26,177 nt of DNA from Vitrella brassicaformis CCMP3155 (Eukaryota > Protista > Chromerida), in assembly GCA_001179505.1 (NCBI GenBank), contig CDMY01000734.1, forward strand, positions 1-26,177, read 5' to 3'. Positions 20,601 through 26,177 of this stretch are shown here, in pieces. The notes under the pieces are model-generated. The model worked only from the letters and a program-made list of their open reading frames with translations. It did no database searches and was not told the origin of the DNA. The position numbers and the translations under genes are program-made. Every line of letters begins with the position of its first letter. Position 1 is the stretch's first letter.

Positions 20601-20728
20601 TCTGGCAGCGGCTCGGGCCTCTTGTCCGCCGCCGAGGTCGGGGAGGGCACCCCGTCATCTGGAACGATCTTCGAATGGCGAACCTGGGCTGAGATCCTCT
20701 TGCGGGCGGCGAACTCTTGAAGATTCAT
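17648..20728 (-). CDS. Multi-pass (5 TM) membrane protein with a C-terminal Cys-rich region containing an LCCL domain
   Basis: The phase-consistent 5' exons 20728-20417, 20304-19983, 19877-19751, 19670-19484 and 19397-19309 give an acidic/SP-rich N-terminus and five hydrophobic helices. Exons at about 18890-18200 give RKCPPCPKDPTFNDEVEGCFTYSGRSAICKAAVHIGAFPDTEGGSFIVAGRRPLATYEGCLYSGFHS, matching the LCCL pattern C..C...G..YS..S.IC.AA.H.G.....GG.F.V.......Y.G...NG..S. The exons at 19.2-18.9 kb and the 3' end (stop 17648-17650) are tentative. Confidence 0.75.
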
Positions 20729-20821
20729 TGTTTTCTGATTCACACAAGGTGGACGGAATCTCTGTGTGTAGGATTAGCTCGCAAAATCGCTGGTGCTCCC
20801 TGAAACCGCTGCCGCTGATGA
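20729..20821. promoter_or_regulatory. Very short divergent intergenic region (93 bp between start codons)
   Basis: The ATG of the LCCL gene ends at 20728 (-) and the first ATG of NADK2 is at 20822 (+). Confidence 0.5.
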
Positions 20822-22765
20822 ATGTCGATGCTGGGATGCGTTGTGGCTCATCGGCTGTTGACGAGGGCAGCAGGAGGCATCTCCATCGTCTCTCGGCGGC
20901 AGCTGAGGGGTCGCATGAGCATTGACAAGCACCGCTGCAGCCCAACCAACATGTGCCAAGACCGAGGAATGCATCACTCGTCGCCCACCGCTCTCTCGCC
21001 CGCGTACCCACCCCCCGACCTGAAAGAGCGAGAAGCGCCCACCAGCGCGTCGGAGCACAACACGGACGATTCAGCGGTGCTGAGCCACTCGGAAGACATC
21101 ATGAATGGCGTGCCGACAAAGGACAGCTTCGCCTCGCTGCCGCCCGAGTGGCCTCCGCCCCGCGCGCCCCTTTGCCGCGTGTTGTTGGTGGACAAATTGA
21201 CTCGCTACGAGGCGTACCTGCGTGAGCACCACGCGCAGTGCGAGAAGGCGCGTGTCAAGTTCCCCAACATGTACAAGACGTACGTGATCCACCGGCGGAG
21301 CAGCGAGCTGATCCAGAAGCTGCTGCACCAGAATGGGGTGGAGGTGACGGTGTACAAGAGCCTCTCGAGGTCGATTGAGATGTCGCAGCTGGCAGAGTTT
21401 GACGCCGTCATATCGGCGGGGGGCGACGGGACCTTCCTCGACGCCGCCTCACTCATCTCGCCCATATCAGGAACAGGTGACTGACAACGATGCGCGCACA
21501 CAGACAGACACACACACACACGGAGAGAGAAGTGTGTGTTGTGTGCGCTGCGCAATGGTTCGTCTGTCAGGTCACCTGCCGTTGTTTGGGCTGAATACGG
21601 ATCCCGAGCGGTCTGAGGGCCGGCTGCTGATGAACAAGGAGGGCGAGTCGATAGAGTCGGCCGTGCAGCGCATCCTCGAAGGAGACTACACGCGACTCAA
21701 CAGGCAGCGCATCCACATCACCATCAAGTCAGACGGCTCACCGCTCGGCAGCACCTCGCCCCGCAGTGTCACAATGGCCACATCGCCATCACACGCCCAC
21801 GCGACCCACCACCCTTCCCCCCAAACAACACCCCCATCCACATGCTACCCGGCGGCTGCTGTTGAGAAGAGGGCGTCGAGTGAGGACGGTCAGATGATGA
21901 TGTGGATGATGCTGAGCCACCGGCCGCTCAACGACGTCATGGTGGCCGCACTCGAGGCCATGCCCACCGTCTACTGCGAGGTCAAAGTGGACGACAGGGA
22001 ACCTGAGCGGCAGAAACACTCGGGCATCATCATCTGCACCGGTGGGGTGAGGTGGGGTGGAAGGGAGGGAAGAGCGATGGATGCATGGAATGCATGCACT
22101 GCACTCACTGCACGCAGCCATTGATTGGTGTGTGTGTCATGCCTCCATCGATCCATCAACCAACAGGGACTGGGTCGACTGCCTGGGCGTACAACGTGTC
22201 TAAGGTGCGGCCGTCGGTGGTAGAGCACGTCTTGGAGGCCTTCGCGGACTCGCAGAGCAGCAACCCAGAGGCACAAAGTGCCATCAGACAAGGTAGGTAC
22301 CTACCTGGGCAGGCAGACAGCCATGTGACATGTCGCGGGTGACAGTGACTCTGGCTATGTAGCAGCCCTGTCTAACGGTGGCCGCGATATGGTAGACGAG
22401 GTGACTGAGGCCGTCAACTCGACCTTGGTGTTCGATCCCGAGGTGCCCCTGCTCAGATGGACCATCAGAGAGCCCATCGAAAACAGGTATGTATGTGTGC
22501 ATATGTATGTGTGCATGGGAGAGACAGACAGACGCAAGCCGCCCACGCCTCACTCCTATATTCGCTTTCGTTCGGGTGTGTGTTATGTTAATTAAGGGTG
22601 TTTCAAGTGAGCAAGTCGTCGGGCCACGCGCACCGTGTGAGTGTGCGGCCCCTGTCGGCTCCCCTGTATCTGTTTTTGGACGGCCTCACGACCATTCCCC
22701 TCAACATCGACCAGACCGCATACTTCACCGTCGACCCACAAGACGCCCTGCACACAGCGCTGTGA
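20822..22765 (+). CDS. NADK2: NAD kinase, NADK2 (mitochondrial-type) subfamily
   Basis: Exons 20822-21476, 21571-22041, 22167-22292, 22366(or 22363)-22486, 22597-22765. Motifs: VLLVDKLTRYE, DAVISAGGDGTFLDAAS, FGLNTDPERSEGRL, RQRIHITI, PLNDV, QKHSGIIICTGTGSTAWAYNV, LVFDPEVPLLRWTIREPIENRVF, LFLDGLTTIPLN...DALHT. The N-terminus is R-rich and presequence-like. Confidence 0.93.
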
Positions 22766-23569
22766 ACGCAACACAACACATACACACGGGCAGAGGCAGG
22801 CAGGCAGCCAGGCACGCTGCGCAGCGGCGGGCGAAGGGCCAGGGCGACGGGAGGGGGAAGGGCTTTGCTCGATGAACAGCGAGGGCCCCCGGTCAGTTGT
22901 ATAGATAACACCTCCCTCCCTGCGTCAATGACGGAATGAGTGGGCGGCTGTGGTTGATTGGTTGGCGGCGCCATTTGTGCCTTTGTGTGTGGTCCACTTT
23001 TTTGGCTCACCCACGCACCCACCGGAGTGTCTGTGTCGGGGTGCCGTGTCGGTCGTTGTGCCGTCAGTCAATCGTTCTGCTGTGTGTCTGTCTATTTTTT
23101 CGTTCGTCTGTATGTCCATAACATCTGGCTATTGTATGTATGCGTCCGTCCGTCCATCGGTGGGTGGACGGGACGAATGGATGGAGCCATCCATACGCCC
23201 GTGGACGTGTGTGTGTGTGGTCGATCATTGACTGACTCGTACAGTGAGTGTGTCGGCTCATCGCATGACGGACAAGTGAATGAATGCGCCGCCGCGTGCG
23301 ATTGGCAGGTGTGTATTCACAACACAGGAATGAAACAGGAGGGAAGTGGCAGACACGCACGCACCTAGTCACTCATACACCAGTTTACGAGGAAAAAAGG
23401 CAGACGGCAAGCAGCAATCACGCCCATCCATCCATCCATCCATCCATCCATCCATCAATCTCTCTCTCTCTCTCTCTCATTTCTCATTTCTCAACACGAG
23501 ATATAGGCCAAAGGTCGTGCCGTGTCGCTCTCCGCCACACGCGTCACCCGAACCTGACTGAGGTGGCTA

Positions 23570-25077
23570 TTATCTGCGTCTCTCTGCTGCACCATCAGCA
23601 GAGGCCCTGGCCTGCTGCTGCTCCATCCATGCCGCGGCATTCTCCTCGGCGTATGCCATCACATTCCGGCGATGCATGGCACTGATACACACCACACCAC
23701 AACACAACACGACACACACAGCTCTCCCTCCCTCCCTCCCTCCCTCCAGCTGTGCGTGTGGTTTGTGTGCGTGTGCTTACTTCTCTCGTTTCGTGGCCAA
23801 TATTTTGCGCCTCTTTTCCTCCTTCTCCTGCTCTACCTCCGGGATGACCACATCGCCGTGCCGCACCTGCTGCTGCCCGCCGCCAATGCTGCTGTCGGGC
23901 AGCTCCTCAATGGGCCCCGTGTCAGCCATGGGAGGCGGGAAGGGCTCCAACGCCGCGTGGCGCTTGCTCTCGTTGAACCACAGGGTCGTCACGAGATGCA
24001 GCTCTGACACCGCTGGCACCTCTTGCTGCTGTCTCCCACCACCGGCCGTCGGCTTGTACGGCAGGAGTGGGGCGGCTGCTGCTGCTGCTGCTGCTCCTGC
24101 TGATTGGCCGTTGCTGTGCTGGTGGGATCGCTGTGTGTCGTGGTGGTCCCGCCAGAGCACCGCCCACTCGTCGTCCGGCACCACCAAAATGCCCTTGTGC
24201 CCTGCCGGCTGCTGCTGCTGCTGGTGTGCGTATGTCTTGCAGAGTGTGTCGTATATGTGGGGGCACTGGAGGAGCTCGAACGGCGACATGACCGTCACTG
24301 TGGCGCCGCAGCCCCGGATGTCGGGGACGAGGGATTGGTGGTCCTTGACGTCGACGGCCAGGGTGGGCGACACGATGGCCTGCCACCCAGACAGCAGCGT
24401 GGACCGACGAAGCTGGTAGGCCTCATCCACCTGGGCCTGCACACACCACATCCACAGTATGAGGCCGCCCAGTGTGTGTGTGTGTGCGGGTGTCTGGCGT
24501 GGCGTACCCTGGCCTTGATTGGGTCGAACACCTCCCCGTTGGCCGTGATCTGTTGCTCGTGGCGCGTGTGGTCCACCAAACGACCCTGCCAGCCCAGCCC
24601 ACACCATTAACACAACAACACAGCCCATGTGTTTGCGACCCACCCGCCGTTGTCCCCTATGGCAGGCAGGCTTACATATGTCCAGCACTCCTCTAGCCAC
24701 TCATACTTGAGCACAAGAATGTCCCTCCTCTTGGCCGACAGCATCTTGGCGGGGTTGGGCCGCTCGTCGCCCACCACCAAGGCACATGGCTTGTCCCCGC
24801 CACTGCTCAGCTCCACCTGCTTCGCTCCCATGCCCTTCACCATCATGCGCACCAACTCACGGTCGCCCTTCTTGAGGGGGACCTGGTCCATACTGGCCCC
24901 CTCTGGCCGCCATCCGAACCCCGATATCGACACGCGGAGGCCTCGCAGGGGGCCGTTGTCGCCCCCAGGGGTGAAGTAGCGGTTGGGGCTGAAGATGGGC
25001 GAGATGTTGGGGTCGAGCAGTCGCCTGTGGGTCCAGCACGTGTAGAGGAACAGGAGGGTCACCTGCTTCTCGGGCAT
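23570..25077 (-). CDS. Tandem BRCT domain protein (possibly the 3' part of a USP-BRCT fusion)
   Basis: Exons 25077-24676, 24585-24508, 24436-23781 and 23681-23570 are phase-consistent. BRCT1 reads PLRGLRVSISGF...LVRMMVKGMGAKQV...CALVVG...AKMLSAKRRDILVLKYEWLEECWTYGRLVD. BRCT2 reads TLLSGWQAIVSP...LVPDIRGCGATV...GILVVPD. The start is uncertain because coding-like sequence continues upstream. Confidence 0.8.
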
Positions 25078-25880
25078 CTCGGGGATGTGGGCTTTGAATA
25101 GATGTTCCTCTTGACATGAAAGGCCAGCACGTCACTCGCGCCAAAAAACGAGAGCCTGCATGTAGGAAACATACAGCCTTCTTTTCATCACCCCCTTGAA
25201 TGGCCCGCGTACCTACCTCTTGTACCCTCGAGGACGTGCCGCCACACGCTGAACAGCAGAAGTCGTCCAGCAGCTCTGGGAGACGGACAGTCTTGTCGAC
25301 GGCGTCCATCAGGCCCCATACGCCCCCTCTCTTCTCCATGGCCTCATTGATAGGCACCCTGACAGTGCTGTCACTGCGGGCGCCCGTGTCCATGCTCACG
25401 TTCCCGCACTTAGTGCACAGCACGTCACTCTTGTAGCCGTGCCCAGCAAATTGGCAAAGCGCTCCCCCTCTGCCACACCAGCGGCGGCCTCCTCCTCGTC
25501 GATCAGATTCCCCATGGCCATGAATACGTCCGACGTGCACTGCTGACGGGATGAGTCGACGTGATACCCGCGGGCCCTCATCTTGTCGGCGAGATGGCTG
25601 AGAAGGCGATGTGCACTGTGCACTGGGAGGCGGCAAACGGAGGTCGAGGGGGGTCCTAGCAATGGCGATGGCCAGCCGCTTCAGCAGATGCAGGGTCGCT
25701 GACGGTTCCTGCGTGTCACGTCTGCATCAAAGAATACAATTGCGAATAATCATGACAATTTCCCTGGCTGCACGCATGTGTACCTGGTCAGTAGGCGATT
25801 TTTGATTGTGGGCGACGCCATCAGACTCTGAAGGAGCGAGTTACCTGGACAGAGCGTCGCCGGCGAGTTGCAAAGAAAAC
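25078..25880 (-). pseudogene. Ubiquitin-specific protease (USP/C19)-like N-terminal module interrupted by four apparent 1-nt frameshifts
   Basis: Cys box FLCNSPATLCPGNSLLQSLMASP (25821-25878), QQD-like box RQQCTSDVFMAMGNLIDEEE, Zn fingers KSDVLCTKCGNVS and DDFCCSACGG, and GASDVLAFHVKRN (cf. PEILIIHLKRF) appear in canonical order but in different reading frames. No His box was found. It may be an intact gene with assembly indels. Confidence 0.6.
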
Positions 25881-26080
25881 TAGAAGGCGCTTCAGGGTTT
25901 GTAGGGTTTGTCTCTCATTCTCGACATATATCATGCATTGATTGAATGAGAGTTCAGGTTGCGTAGCCAGATGCCGCAAGGTTCTGTGTGAGGAGGCAGT
26001 AAGGATATATATGTGCATTCAGTATCCATGTCGCATTGGCATGTCGCATTCATTCACTGTCATTGACACACACACGGCAG

Positions 26081-26177
26081 AAGGGGCAGGTGGAGGAGCT
26101 CGTGTGCGAGGCGGAGCGACTGGACCAGCAGTTCCCCACCACTCAGCCTCAGCTGGACGACGCGTCGGTCTATCGCA
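26081..26177 (+). CDS. Probable internal exon of a gene continuing past the window end (unknown product)
   Basis: The acceptor CACACACACGGCAG at 26080 is followed by an open, GC3-rich frame, KGQVEELVCEAERLDQQFPTTQPQLDDASVYR. A candidate upstream donor GCA|GTAAGG lies near 25998. Confidence 0.35.

Noticed and set aside
20815-20821. CTGATGA hammerhead ribozyme core
   Set aside because: No stem II and no GAAA core partner at suitable spacing.
24607-25077. FCP1/CTD phosphatase because of the BRCT domain
   Set aside because: There is no DLDET/DxDxT phosphatase motif upstream, the upstream sequence is USP-like, and a second BRCT follows.
1-26177. Autonomous transposon or viral insertion
   Set aside because: No reverse transcriptase, transposase, integrase, capsid, LTR or TIR signatures were recognised.

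Overview
Gene-dense, intron-rich, GC-rich eukaryotic nuclear DNA. Short introns full of (GACA)n, (CA)n, (GT)n and (CCAT)n repeats suggest a chromerid alveolate such as Vitrella brassicaformis; this is inference from sequence style only. I spliced the genes by hand. In order they are: (+) an XRN-family 5'-3' exoribonuclease with 17 exons, intact catalytic residues, an N-terminal signal-peptide-like leader and two inserted dsRNA-binding domains; (-) a FAAL-like adenylation-fold protein with degenerate ATP-binding motifs and a long C-terminal extension; (+) a J-domain protein with a C-terminal TM helix; (-) a frameshifted gene remnant; (+) a Rolling-stone-like membrane protein; (-) a 5-TM protein with an LCCL domain; (+) an NADK2-type NAD kinase; (-) a tandem-BRCT protein preceded by a USP-like module broken by four 1-nt indels; and a probable (+) exon at the right edge. 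The best candidate for an undescribed system is the signal-peptide/XRN/2x dsRBD protein. Also notable are frequent GC-AG introns, complementary microsatellites that could fold introns into hairpins, a hairpin-rich segment with telomere-like repeats at 1-300, and a triple hairpin repeat at 14.6 kb. No database searches or folding programs were run.
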